A DNA stretch of 64,000 bases from a virus. This document shows positions 36,076 through 44,783 of this stretch, one piece after another. Both the position numbers and the translations under genes were made by a program. Numbering within the stretch: the stretch's first letter is position 1; every line of letters starts with the position of its first letter. The DNA is taken from positions 1 to 64,000 of the IMG/VR virus record IMGVR_UViG_3300033233_000010. One strand, 5' to 3'. Under the pieces are notes generated by a model. That model made no database searches, was not told the origin of the DNA, and worked only from the letters and a program-made list of their open reading frames with translations.

Positions 36076-37078
36076 GCTGGCAGTAGATCGCCTACGCTGT
36101 TAGCCTGTCAACGTGGCCCATCGGATCTTGCCGCAAGAACACGTCCGTCGCGTCATCGAGATACACGGCACGCGTCTTCGTGTCGTAGACCACTACGTCG
36201 ATGCCCACACGAAGATCCGCTACGAGTGCCCGAGGCACGGACGGTTCTGGGCAGCGCCGAAGAACGTAGTCACCAGGCGCTCGGGTTGCCGTCGGTGCTA
36301 CGAAGCGACGGTTGGTCCACGGTGCCGAAAGACCCACGCGGTCTACACCGCGGAGGCGCGTGCCGTCGGGATTCGAGTAATCGACCGCTACGTCACCGCT
36401 CTGACGCCGATCCGACATCGATGCGCTAAGGGTCACACCTGGAGCACGTCACCGAACCAGTTGCTCTCGGGCTATGGATGTCCGCTCTGCGACCGATCTC
36501 AATTCAGGCGCCGCCCAGTTCGAGTCGGGAACCGGGAAGTGATGCTCCAAGGTTCCGAGGGAGTAGCTGTTGCACTCATGCTTGCCGCCGGTGTCGATCC
36601 TGACGACCTGGCGTTCACAACCGCAGAGGGCCGCCCGACGTTCCGATACAGATTCGACGGTCGGGTTCGCGTCTACGTGCCCGATGCCTTTCAGCTTTCG
36701 GTGCGTCAGGTCATCGAGGTAAAAAGCGCGGTAACGCTCGGGCTCTACGACTCGACACTGTTTGCGCAAGTGAAAGCCAAGGCCCGAGCCGTCGTAGCTG
36801 CCGGACTCTCGTATCGGCTGATGGTCATCCACCGGAAGCAAAACATCGACATCGGTTCGAGCTGGTTTCGGTGGTCGTGGCGAACACTTAACACGCGATT
36901 CAGGAGGAAGACCCATGCCCAAGATCGTCGTTCTCGACGGAAACGACGTTCCTAGCCCGGAAGACGTGGCGATGCTCGCAGCCATGTACTCACGAGATCC
37001 GCGATCGGTGCTCGACCATCTCGTCCAAGTGAAGCAACGCGGCTCGGCGAAGTTCCACGAGCAGTTTTATGTGGGCTA
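36075..37078 (+). mobile_element. homing-endonuclease cassette carrying a replacement thyX 5' end
   Basis: Bounded by ...GGC TA at both junctions; contains the endonuclease ORF plus a diverged thyX N-terminus. Confidence 0.75.
36113..36955 (+). CDS. putative homing endonuclease: zinc-ribbon repeats plus PD-(D/E)XK (TnsA-like) nuclease
   Basis: ECPRHG...GCRRC; RCAKGH...GCPLC; YVPDAF...IEVKS. Confidence 0.75.
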   Translation: MAHRILPQEHVRRVIEIHGTRLRVVDHYVDAHTKIRYECPRHGRFWAAPKNVVTRRSGCRRCYEATVGPRCRKTHAVYTAEARAVGIRVIDRYVTALTPIRHRCAKGHTWSTSPNQLLSGYGCPLCDRSQFRRRPVRVGNREVMLQGSEGVAVALMLAAGVDPDDLAFTTAEGRPTFRYRFDGRVRVYVPDAFQLSVRQVIEVKSAVTLGLYDSTLFAQVKAKARAVVAAGLSYRLMVIHRKQNIDIGSSWFRWSWRTLNTRFRRKTHAQDRRSRRKRRS

Positions 37079-38246
37079 CGGTCACAAGAGCATCGGCGAC
37101 TGCGGCTCGACGACGGTCTTCTTCGAGGGTGTCTCGATGTTGGCGGCGAAGGCCGTGCAGGACACCCCGCTGTACAACGGCCAGGAAGCCTCGACACGCT
37201 ACATCGACTTCTCCACACAGCTGATTCTCAACCCGCTCGCAACGCCGGGTGGGAAGGCTGTGCAGGACGCCTGGATGGCGCTCTACGCAGACACCATCGC
37301 GGCGCTCAAACCGCTTCTCGCCGAGCGCTACCCCCGGCAACCAGACCAGAAAGAGTCGGTGTGGACGAAGGCGATCGCCGCCAAAGCGTTCGACATCGGG
37401 CGGTCCCTGATACCAGCCGGCGGAACCACCAACGTCGCGTGGCACGTCAACCTGCGCCAAGCGTACGACCACAGCCGGGAGATGCGGAATCACCCGCTCC
37501 CCGAGATCGCCGGCCTTGGCGTGGGCGGAATCGAATGCCTGAAGGAGAAGTACCCGTCGAGCTTCTCCCACGAGGCGAAGCTCAAGGACGACAAGGCGCG
37601 CGAGAATTACAAGGCGGAGGAGCACTACATCGCGAAGAGCATGACGCGCTTCGCTTACTTCGCCGACACCGACGCCGTAGACGGGTTCTACGCCGACTTC
37701 GGCAAGCTCGACCTCCGCGCGATGGAGCCGCTCGGCGACCTCCTCGCCTCGCGACCGCCGCGGACCGAGCTGCACCAGCGCTTCCGCCAGTACGGGGTGA
37801 TCACGTTCAAGTTTCTCCTCGACTTCGGCAGTTACCGCGACCTCCAGCGGCAGCGGAGCGCTGTGCAGGAGATGCCGCTCCTCTCAATGCGCCACGGCTT
37901 CCACCCGTGGTACATCGAGCAGATGCCGCTCGGAACCGAAGCGCAGATCGCAGCGATCGGCAAGCTGGTCGAGCGGCTCCCAGCCGACGACTTCACCCGC
38001 CAGTACTACGTGCCCATGGGCTTCCGCTGCCCGGTCGTGATGACGTGTCCGCTCCCCTCGGCGGTCTACATCGCCGAGTTGCGAAGCGGGAACACCGTCC
38101 ATCCCACCCTCCGCGTGATCGCGCAGAAGATGGGCGAAGTGCTCAAGAAGACGATCCCCGAGCTGGCGATGCACCACGATATGTCGCCCGACTCGTGGAA
38201 CGTGAGGCGCGGAACGCAGGACATCGTAAAGAAAGCATCGGCGTAG
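36915..38246 (+). CDS. thyX: flavin-dependent thymidylate synthase (two-domain ThyX/Thy1)
   Basis: YGHKSIGDCG, EASTRY, DFGSYRDLQRQR, YIAELRS. Confidence 0.9.
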   Translation: MPKIVVLDGNDVPSPEDVAMLAAMYSRDPRSVLDHLVQVKQRGSAKFHEQFYVGYGHKSIGDCGSTTVFFEGVSMLAAKAVQDTPLYNGQEASTRYIDFSTQLILNPLATPGGKAVQDAWMALYADTIAALKPLLAERYPRQPDQKESVWTKAIAAKAFDIGRSLIPAGGTTNVAWHVNLRQAYDHSREMRNHPLPEIAGLGVGGIECLKEKYPSSFSHEAKLKDDKARENYKAEEHYIAKSMTRFAYFADTDAVDGFYADFGKLDLRAMEPLGDLLASRPPRTELHQRFRQYGVITFKFLLDFGSYRDLQRQRSAVQEMPLLSMRHGFHPWYIEQMPLGTEAQIAAIGKLVERLPADDFTRQYYVPMGFRCPVVMTCPLPSAVYIAELRSGNTVHPTLRVIAQKMGEVLKKTIPELAMHHDMSPDSWNVRRGTQDIVKKASA

Positions 38247-38248
38247 CG

Positions 38249-38554
38249 ATGGCGCCGAAGGTGACTCCCGGCGTCTACCGCCACTACAAGGGGGGCCTCT
38301 ATCGCGTGTTCGGCGTTGCGGACTACACCGGCGAGCACGGCGATGTGTTCCCGAGCGCGCACCACCCGAAGACGGAAGGGTTTCCCGAGGGCGAGAAGCT
38401 CGTGGTCTACATCGGCCTCTACGACAACCCGCGCGGCAACCGCCTTTGCACAAGGCCGGTGCGTGAGTGGGTCGCGAAGCTCGTGCTCACCGCGAAGGAC
38501 GGCTACCCGGGAGGCCGAGTCGTCGAGCAGCGCTACGAGCGGATCGGAGACTAG
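38249..38554 (+). CDS. DUF1653-like protein
   Basis: GVYRHYKGGLYRV...LVVY..LY...RP..EW. Confidence 0.8.
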   Translation: MAPKVTPGVYRHYKGGLYRVFGVADYTGEHGDVFPSAHHPKTEGFPEGEKLVVYIGLYDNPRGNRLCTRPVREWVAKLVLTAKDGYPGGRVVEQRYERIGD

Positions 38555-39045
38555 GTCTTCGTCAGCGACTTGATCGCGCCCCGCCGGGCAGCTTCCACGC
38601 TCGGCGGGGCCTTGCAGATCGTCTTGGCGAGCGCCGTGTTGGGCATGGGGAAGCGCGGACCCGGCACGAAGACCGGGTTCGGCTCGACCTTCGAGTCGAG
38701 CATGAGGTCGATCTGCACCTCGCGCGGCGGCGTCCCGACCCGTTGAATGAGCCCGGCGCGCTGCAAGCCGGTGAGGATGCCGCCCAGGTCACGCGGGTCG
38801 ACCGTTACGCCAGCGTGCGCGATCACCTCAGCCGAAGTCCAGCCGAACCGCACGAGCTGTGTGTAGGTGACGACAAGCGTCTTCGTGTACTCGCTCTCCT
38901 CGGCCTTGGCGAAGAGGAAGTCACTAGTGACTTGCCACTTGCATTCGGAGCAGGAGAGCTTGGCGCGACGCGCCCACGCCGTCCACAGAGCGACGGGCGG
39001 AATGGTGCGACCGCAGCCCTCACAAGCGAGATTCTTGCCTGACAT
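38551..39045 (-). CDS. zinc-ribbon plus winged-helix-like protein
   Basis: CEGC...CSEC, then a wHTH-like segment; GGTATAAC 8 nt upstream. Confidence 0.6.
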   Translation of the reverse strand: MSGKNLACEGCGRTIPPVALWTAWARRAKLSCSECKWQVTSDFLFAKAEESEYTKTLVVTYTQLVRFGWTSAEVIAHAGVTVDPRDLGGILTGLQRAGLIQRVGTPPREVQIDLMLDSKVEPNPVFVPGPRFPMPNTALAKTICKAPPSVEAARRGAIKSLTKT

Positions 39046-39098
39046 CTCAGGGAGTTATACCCGAGGCGCTTTGCATCGGCGAGCTGCCGGCACGGATT

Positions 39099-39509
39099 CT
39101 ACTTCCCGAGCGTGTCGACCATTTTGTCGACGATGGAGCGCGCTTGGAACTTCTCCACGTCGGCGACGACTCGCTGCATCGACCTCACGTAGTTCCCCGA
39201 AGGTGGCCCACCCTGCCACGGATGCAGCCCTTGGCAGACGATGCGGAGTTGTCGCTTGAATGCTTCCAAGAGATCCCTCTGGTCGGGCAAGAGGAGCAAG
39301 GTGCGCGTCTTGCCGATCTTCATCCCGAGGTCGATTGCCTTGGCGAGATCGCGTTCGAGAGGGGTCGCCGGCTTCTCCCCCGGGGTACGCGCTCCGATGC
39401 CGTAGGCGTAGTCAACGAGATACTCCTCGATCACTCGGGCCGTGGGCGTTCGCATCTTGAGCGTGACGCCGTGGGCCTTGGTCGGTCGATCGTCCACCGT
39501 CATCGTCAT
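39099..39509 (-). CDS. hypothetical protein with C-terminal tag variant (SIVDKMVDTL)
   Basis: GGTAGAAC 7 nt before ATG. Confidence 0.7.
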   Translation of the reverse strand: MTMTVDDRPTKAHGVTLKMRTPTARVIEEYLVDYAYGIGARTPGEKPATPLERDLAKAIDLGMKIGKTRTLLLLPDQRDLLEAFKRQLRIVCQGLHPWQGGPPSGNYVRSMQRVVADVEKFQARSIVDKMVDTLGK

Positions 39510-39802
39510 CATCCCTGTTCTACCTCTAACCTCGACAACACCGACGCGCGGTGGGAGTTGCACGGGTCGATGGCGGAGCGACTCCGTAAGTGCTTGTGAA
39601 AGCGCGGGAATGACGGATCTTCGCGATCGTTGGAGTCTGGTATACTAATCACCGTAAACGCTTGCCAAGTAATTACTTACGCTGGTCGACTTAAACGCGA
39701 GGAGGCCCAAACCGGTGTAACCACCTGGTCCGAGCCCCTTAGAACACGCGAGCAACGCAGAGTTGCAGCCGGTCAAACACTGCGATTTTGCGCGACTTAC
39801 GA

Positions 39803-39886
39803 CTAGCCGCAGCCCGTCGTCGCACCACACGTCAAGCAGAACGCGCGTGTCAGACTTACGCGCCCCGTTCCACCACACGCCGGGCA
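39803..39886 (-). pseudogene. displaced duplicate of the nrdJ 3' end (zinc ribbon)
   Basis: CPACGGTGRVSLTRAFCLTCGATTGCG* is in register with the NrdJ end CGVCGNPTIRAATCAFCLTCGATTGCG*. Confidence 0.85.
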
Positions 39887-39908
39887 CTCGTGCTCTGAGC
39901 CCACGATG

Positions 39909-42900
39909 CTAGCCGCAACCTGTGGTGGCCCCACAAGTTAGACAAAACGCGCAGGTTGCGGCTCTGATCGTGGGATTGCCGCAGACCCCACACGGCTGGT
40001 CAGCGGAGAGGGAGAGGCGCGCTCCAGGCTTCTCCGCGAGGAGCTGCCGCAGGTTCTCCCGCACCGTGTCGTTCGCGGCCAGGTCCAGCACGTTCGCCAC
40101 CGTGTTGGCGGGGGCGTGATCGCCGTTCTTCGCGGCGAGGCCCACCGGAAGCTCGTAGCGGTCGGTCTTGGGCTTGGCCTCGTCGACCGGGGCGGGCTTG
40201 TGAGCGAGGTCGTCGCGGTTGAGGTAAGTGACGGCGAGCGTACGGAAGATGTAGTCGATGACGCTGAACGATGACTTGATGCGAGCATCGCCTTGGACCG
40301 GCCCCGACGGCTCGAACTTGGTGAAGGTGAACGCCTCGACGTACTCGTCGAGGGGAACGCCGTGCTGGAGCCCGAGCGAAGTGAGGATGGCAACGGTGTC
40401 GAGAAGGCCCTGGATCGTCGACCCGGCCTTCGCCATGTCGATGAACAGCTCGCCGATCTTCCCGTCGTCGTACTCGCCGGTACGAACGTAGACCTTCTGG
40501 CCGCTGATCGTCGCCTCTTGCGTGAAGCCGCGACGGCGCTTGGGGAGCCGCTTGCGCTCGGAGAGAAGCGGCGGGGCGAGGATGGGCGCGGTCGAGCCTG
40601 GAGCCGGCGTGGGCCGGAGGTCAATGGCAATCGCCTTGGTCTTCTCCTTCTTGGAGGTGAGCACCTGGCATCCCTTGGAGCCGTCGCGGTAGACCGCGAG
40701 CGCTTTGACGCCGAGCTTCCACGACTCGATGTAGACCTGTTCGATCTCGTCGACGGTCGCGCTCTCGGGCATGTTGACCGTCTTGCTGATGGCTCCACAG
40801 AGGAAGGGTTGGGCCGCCGCCATCATCTTGACATGCGCCATAGGCGCGATGAAGCGCTGGCCGCGCTCGCCGCACTGAGTCGCGCAGTCGAAGACGGGGA
40901 GGTGCTCGCGCTTGAGCGTACCCGAGCCTTCGATCGTCTCGTGCGCCGCGATGTGGGCTTCGAGCAGCAGGCGCTCGCTGGGCGCGTAGCCCAGCCGCTC
41001 CAGTGCCGGACCAACCGACTGGTTCACGAGCTTCATCGCACCGCCACCGGCCATCGCCTTGTTCTTCACGAGCGCGAAGTCGGGCTCGATACCCGTCGTA
41101 TCGCAGTCCATGAGAAGGCCGATCGTGCCTGTCGGGGCGAGGAGAGTGAGCTGGGCGTTGCGATAGCCCCACATCTCACCCGCCGTGATCGCGCTCTCCC
41201 ACGAACCCTTGGCCGCAGCGGCGATGTGGATGTCGAAGCGGCTCGGCTTCGATTTCTTCCCCTCGGCGGCGTGCATGCGAGCGACGTTGAGCATGTGCGC
41301 CCGGTTGCGCTCGAAAGCCGAGAAGGAGCCCCTCACCGATGCGATCTCAGCCGAACGGTCCCACGCCGTTGCGGCCATGAGCGACGTGATCGACGCGCAG
41401 ATGCCACGACCCTCGTCCGAGTCGTAGGAAACGCCGAGGCGCATGAGCAGCGCGCCGAGGTTCGCGTAGCCGAGCCCGAGCGGACGTAGCTGGTGGCTAT
41501 TCTCGGCGAACGCCTTGGTGGGGTAGCTGGCGTGATCGACGAGGATGTCCATCGCGAGGATGAGCACGCGACAGACGTGCTCGAATCCTGCGATGTCGAA
41601 GGTGCCGTCGGGGAGCAGGAACTTGACGAGGTTGATCGACGACAGGTTGCACGCGCTGTCGTTGACGAAGTGGAACTCGTTACATGGGTTAGCCGCATCG
41701 ATGCGAGCGAAGTCGGGAACGGTGTTCCAGCGGTTGATCGTCGTGTCGAACATCATCCCGGGGTCGGCGCATCGGTGCGCCGCCTCGGCGATCTTCCGCA
41801 TGAGCTTCTTCGCCTTGAGCGTCTTGGCGACCTTGCCCGTGGTACGGTACTTCGTCTGCCAGTCGCCATCGTTGAGGACAGCGTGCATGAAGTCATCGGT
41901 GACGCGAACCGAGTTGTTGGCGTTCTGGCCCGAAACGGTCGCATACGCCTCGCCGTTGAAGTCGGGCGAGTAGCCGGCCTTCACGAGCACGGCGACCTTG
42001 TCCTCCTCGCGCGCCTTCCACTCGATGAATTCCTCGATGTCCGGGTGGTCGGCGTCGAGGCACACCAGCTTGGCCGCGCGGCGTGTCGTACCTCCCGACT
42101 TCACTGAGCCTGCCGCCGCGTCGTAGACCTTGAGGAACGACATGAGGCCCGATGAGGACCCGCCGCCGGACAGCTTCTCGTTCTTGGCGCGGAGCGTGGA
42201 GAAGTTGGCTCCAGCACCCGAACCGTACTTGAAGATCCGCATCTCCTCGGCGATGCCGAGGCCGATCTGCGTGAGGTCGTCCTTCACCGTACGGATGAAG
42301 CACGCGCTCACCTGGGGGCGCGAGAATCCGTCCAGCGTCTCGCTGGCGACGCCGGTCTTGAGGTCAACGGCCCAGTTGCCGGCGGGATCGCCCTTGATGC
42401 CGTAGCTCTCGTGGAGTCCGAGGTTGAACCACACCGGCGAGTTGAAGGCAACGAATTGACGGACGAGGATGTAGCGCAGCTCATCGCGCAGCGCCCTCAC
42501 GTCTTCGTCGGAGACGAGGTAGCCTTGGCTTCTTCCGGCGTTGGCGATCGCGTTGGCGATCCGGTCGATGACCTGTCGTACGCTCCTCTCGGAGCCGGTG
42601 GCAACCGGCTTTCCGCCGTTCAGGTTGGCGAGCCCGTCGACGACCGACTGCGGGACGCCGCCTTTGCGGAAGTACTTGGAGACGAGGATGTCTCCGGCGA
42701 CCTTCGACCAGGCCACCGGGATCTCCACGTCGTCCATCTGGAAGACGACCGACCCGTCGGGGTTGGCGATCTTCGCCGTGCGACGCTCGAACTTGACTTC
42801 CGCGTAAGGGTCGTGCTCGGAAGCGGTGAAGTGACGCTCAACCGAGATGTGACCGCCGACGCGCGTGGCCGGGCCAACCGCCGCGATGCTCATCCTCTGC

Positions 42901-42965
42901 TGCCTCTCGTGCGCTGGGTCTTCTACAGGAAATGCGAGGCCCATCCTACCGCGATCATCTGACAC
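39909..42965 (-). CDS. nrdJ: class II (adenosylcobalamin-dependent) ribonucleotide reductase with TSCPD and C-terminal Cys4 domains
   Basis: AFNSPVWFN, QVSACFI, GGTTRRAAK, NPCNEF, SACNLSSIN, LLAPTGTIG, EPDF, GAISKTVNMP; start uncertain. Confidence 0.95.
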   Translation of the reverse strand: MSDDRGRMGLAFPVEDPAHERQQRMSIAAVGPATRVGGHISVERHFTASEHDPYAEVKFERRTAKIANPDGSVVFQMDDVEIPVAWSKVAGDILVSKYFRKGGVPQSVVDGLANLNGGKPVATGSERSVRQVIDRIANAIANAGRSQGYLVSDEDVRALRDELRYILVRQFVAFNSPVWFNLGLHESYGIKGDPAGNWAVDLKTGVASETLDGFSRPQVSACFIRTVKDDLTQIGLGIAEEMRIFKYGSGAGANFSTLRAKNEKLSGGGSSSGLMSFLKVYDAAAGSVKSGGTTRRAAKLVCLDADHPDIEEFIEWKAREEDKVAVLVKAGYSPDFNGEAYATVSGQNANNSVRVTDDFMHAVLNDGDWQTKYRTTGKVAKTLKAKKLMRKIAEAAHRCADPGMMFDTTINRWNTVPDFARIDAANPCNEFHFVNDSACNLSSINLVKFLLPDGTFDIAGFEHVCRVLILAMDILVDHASYPTKAFAENSHQLRPLGLGYANLGALLMRLGVSYDSDEGRGICASITSLMAATAWDRSAEIASVRGSFSAFERNRAHMLNVARMHAAEGKKSKPSRFDIHIAAAAKGSWESAITAGEMWGYRNAQLTLLAPTGTIGLLMDCDTTGIEPDFALVKNKAMAGGGAMKLVNQSVGPALERLGYAPSERLLLEAHIAAHETIEGSGTLKREHLPVFDCATQCGERGQRFIAPMAHVKMMAAAQPFLCGAISKTVNMPESATVDEIEQVYIESWKLGVKALAVYRDGSKGCQVLTSKKEKTKAIAIDLRPTPAPGSTAPILAPPLLSERKRLPKRRRGFTQEATISGQKVYVRTGEYDDGKIGELFIDMAKAGSTIQGLLDTVAILTSLGLQHGVPLDEYVEAFTFTKFEPSGPVQGDARIKSSFSVIDYIFRTLAVTYLNRDDLAHKPAPVDEAKPKTDRYELPVGLAAKNGDHAPANTVANVLDLAANDTVRENLRQLLAEKPGARLSLSADQPCGVCGNPTIRAATCAFCLTCGATTGCG

Positions 42966-43096
42966 GGCCTAGCCCATCTTCGACCGGTTTTCGCTTTTAG
43001 ATTGAGAACATCGCTGATCGAAATGACGCCGTGCGTTTTCCTGCACGGATCACGGGTTAGCGCGATGTTCCAGGGTGCGACGTGAAGCTAGTTGCC

Positions 43097-43876
43097 TCAC
43101 CCGGAAGTGAGCAAACCGTCGAAGCGCGCGGCTTCGACCTTGTGCTCCGACATCGTGGCGCAGTCCAGGCACGGCGACATGAGCTGATGCGCGAGCATCT
43201 GGGCGTCGGTCTTGCCCGCGTGGGACCATCGTTGCCGACCACCGCTCGGGCACCGCACGATCCAGCCGTCCTGCGGACGCTTCTCAGTGAGCGCCCAGAG
43301 GTAGATGTAGTCGGCGAGCTGCGGGATCTTCACAGTGAGGTAGTGCTCGCGCGTGCCGTCATTGAGCATGTTCACGTCGAACGTGGAGTCCGGCGCGTCG
43401 GCGATCTTGTCCTCACTCGGATGCCCGCGCTTGATCGGCACGCTCGGGCGCTTCACGCGGATCGCAACGACGAGGGTGTCCTTGGGGACTCGCTGCCGGA
43501 CGGCGACGATCTCCTGATCCGGGTGGCGCCCGTCGGAGATGATCGCGATACGCGCTTGGTTGAGCGCAAAGCGGTCGCAGAAGCGGTCCGACCACACGGT
43601 CGGCCCGAGGCGCTGCCGCGCCTCCTCGCCCTCTTCTTGCATGAGCAGCCGCGGCGTCTTGCTGTAGGCCCCGTTGGCGAGGTCTTCCTTCTCGGCCTGC
43701 GTTCCGTTCAAGATCCGCATGGGGATGCCGGTCTTGAGGTGGACGCACATCTTGAGCGGAGCGGCATAGGAGTCGCGGACCGCGTCGGGCAGCAGCTCCT
43801 TGAGCGCGTCGGCGGTCGTATCCTTTCCAGCGCCGAGGTTACCGCAGACGACGACGACAACGCGGCGGTAGCTCAT
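43097..43876 (-). CDS. deoxynucleoside monophosphate kinase
   Basis: P-loop CGNLGAGKDT, YAAPLK, TPRLLMQ..GEE.R, ISDGR. Confidence 0.85.
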   Translation of the reverse strand: MSYRRVVVVVCGNLGAGKDTTADALKELLPDAVRDSYAAPLKMCVHLKTGIPMRILNGTQAEKEDLANGAYSKTPRLLMQEEGEEARQRLGPTVWSDRFCDRFALNQARIAIISDGRHPDQEIVAVRQRVPKDTLVVAIRVKRPSVPIKRGHPSEDKIADAPDSTFDVNMLNDGTREHYLTVKIPQLADYIYLWALTEKRPQDGWIVRCPSGGRQRWSHAGKTDAQMLAHQLMSPCLDCATMSEHKVEAARFDGLLTSG

Positions 43877-44163
43877 TTCAGGCTCCCGACACGCGAAGAC
43901 GGCTTGGCCTTGGGCTCCTCGGGTTTGGGCGTTTCCACCGGAGCGGACACCAAGCGTGGCGCTCCGTTGATGTACTCGACCCGAAAGCGACCGACGGCTT
44001 TGGGCAGCTTCGAGCCGCGGCAGGCCGGAACCTTCAGGTAGACGTAGAGCATGGGCGACTCGGCGGTGCCGCCGACACCGATGCACGCCACATCGACGAG
44101 CGGAATCATGGCGAGCTGCGCCCGGAGCTTCTCGATCGCCGCGCTCTCTTCTGTCTTGCTCAC
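43873..44163 (-). CDS. hypothetical protein
   Basis: Coupled to neighbours. Confidence 0.6.
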   Translation of the reverse strand: MSKTEESAAIEKLRAQLAMIPLVDVACIGVGGTAESPMLYVYLKVPACRGSKLPKAVGRFRVEYINGAPRLVSAPVETPKPEEPKAKPSSRVGSLK

Positions 44164-44543
44164 GCCGTAGCTCTCCTCTTCGGTGGATCTTCGCCTCGCG
44201 AGATCGCTCGGCCCTCGACCATACGCCGAATCTTCTCGGCCTTGGCCGCTTCGCGCTCGGCGTCACGCAGCTTGGACGTTTCGACGATCTTCTCGATGAA
44301 GCAGTTCCAGCTCGCTGGCTCGGCGGTGCCCCAGTTGACCGTGTCCGCGACGCGACCACAGCCGCACGAGCAGCGCAGTGGTCTTCCCTCAGCATCGACT
44401 CCTCGCGGCGCAAAGAGGGGAGGCTCGTTGAAGAACGGCAGGTCGGGCGGCGCCTGGGTGACGGGCTTGGGCCGTTTCGACGCCTTGACCGGCTTGTCGA
44501 GCTTGGCGGTGGCCTCCTTCGCCTTCTTCGGCTTCTGGGTCAT
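44160..44543 (-). CDS. hypothetical protein (CSCGCG)
   Basis: SD AGAGGA; ORF track. Confidence 0.6.
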   Translation of the reverse strand: MTQKPKKAKEATAKLDKPVKASKRPKPVTQAPPDLPFFNEPPLFAPRGVDAEGRPLRCSCGCGRVADTVNWGTAEPASWNCFIEKIVETSKLRDAEREAAKAEKIRRMVEGRAISRGEDPPKRRATA

Positions 44544-44773
44544 CACGAGCGTCCTCTCGCGAGGAATCCGACGATGAAGCCGACCGCGAGCGTAAGACCG
44601 ACGAGGCACCCGAGGGCGCCGATGACCAGTGAGCCGTTGCGCGGCGGCTCGGGGTGAGGGCCGGGGGCTGGCGGTGACGTGAGCTTGTGACCGAGCCTGT
44701 GGGCGCAGAACGGGCAGGACTCGCCGAAGCTCGCCACGGGCCGGTCGCTACAGGTCGCGCACCAGATACTCAT
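44543..44773 (-). CDS. zinc-ribbon plus C-terminal TM protein
   Basis: CATC...CPFC; TM; GGTAGGAT 7 nt upstream. Confidence 0.65.
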   Translation of the reverse strand: MSIWCATCSDRPVASFGESCPFCAHRLGHKLTSPPAPGPHPEPPRNGSLVIGALGCLVGLTLAVGFIVGFLARGRS

Positions 44774-44783
44774 GTGCGTCATC

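Noticed and set aside
2385-39509. C-terminal tag as a DNA-level repeat or mobile element end
   Set aside because: The nucleotide sequences diverge at synonymous positions while the amino-acid pattern persists. Only two copies (21343, 21575 genes) use the rare GTA codon that overlaps a GGTAGA element.
39645-39887. 80-aa minus-strand ORF downstream of nrdJ
   Set aside because: It is an off-frame reading of the duplicated nrdJ tail plus intergenic DNA, with atypical codons.
39909-42965. Intein or intron in nrdJ
   Set aside because: The protein reads as continuous class II RNR motifs, with no intein signature or embedded endonuclease.
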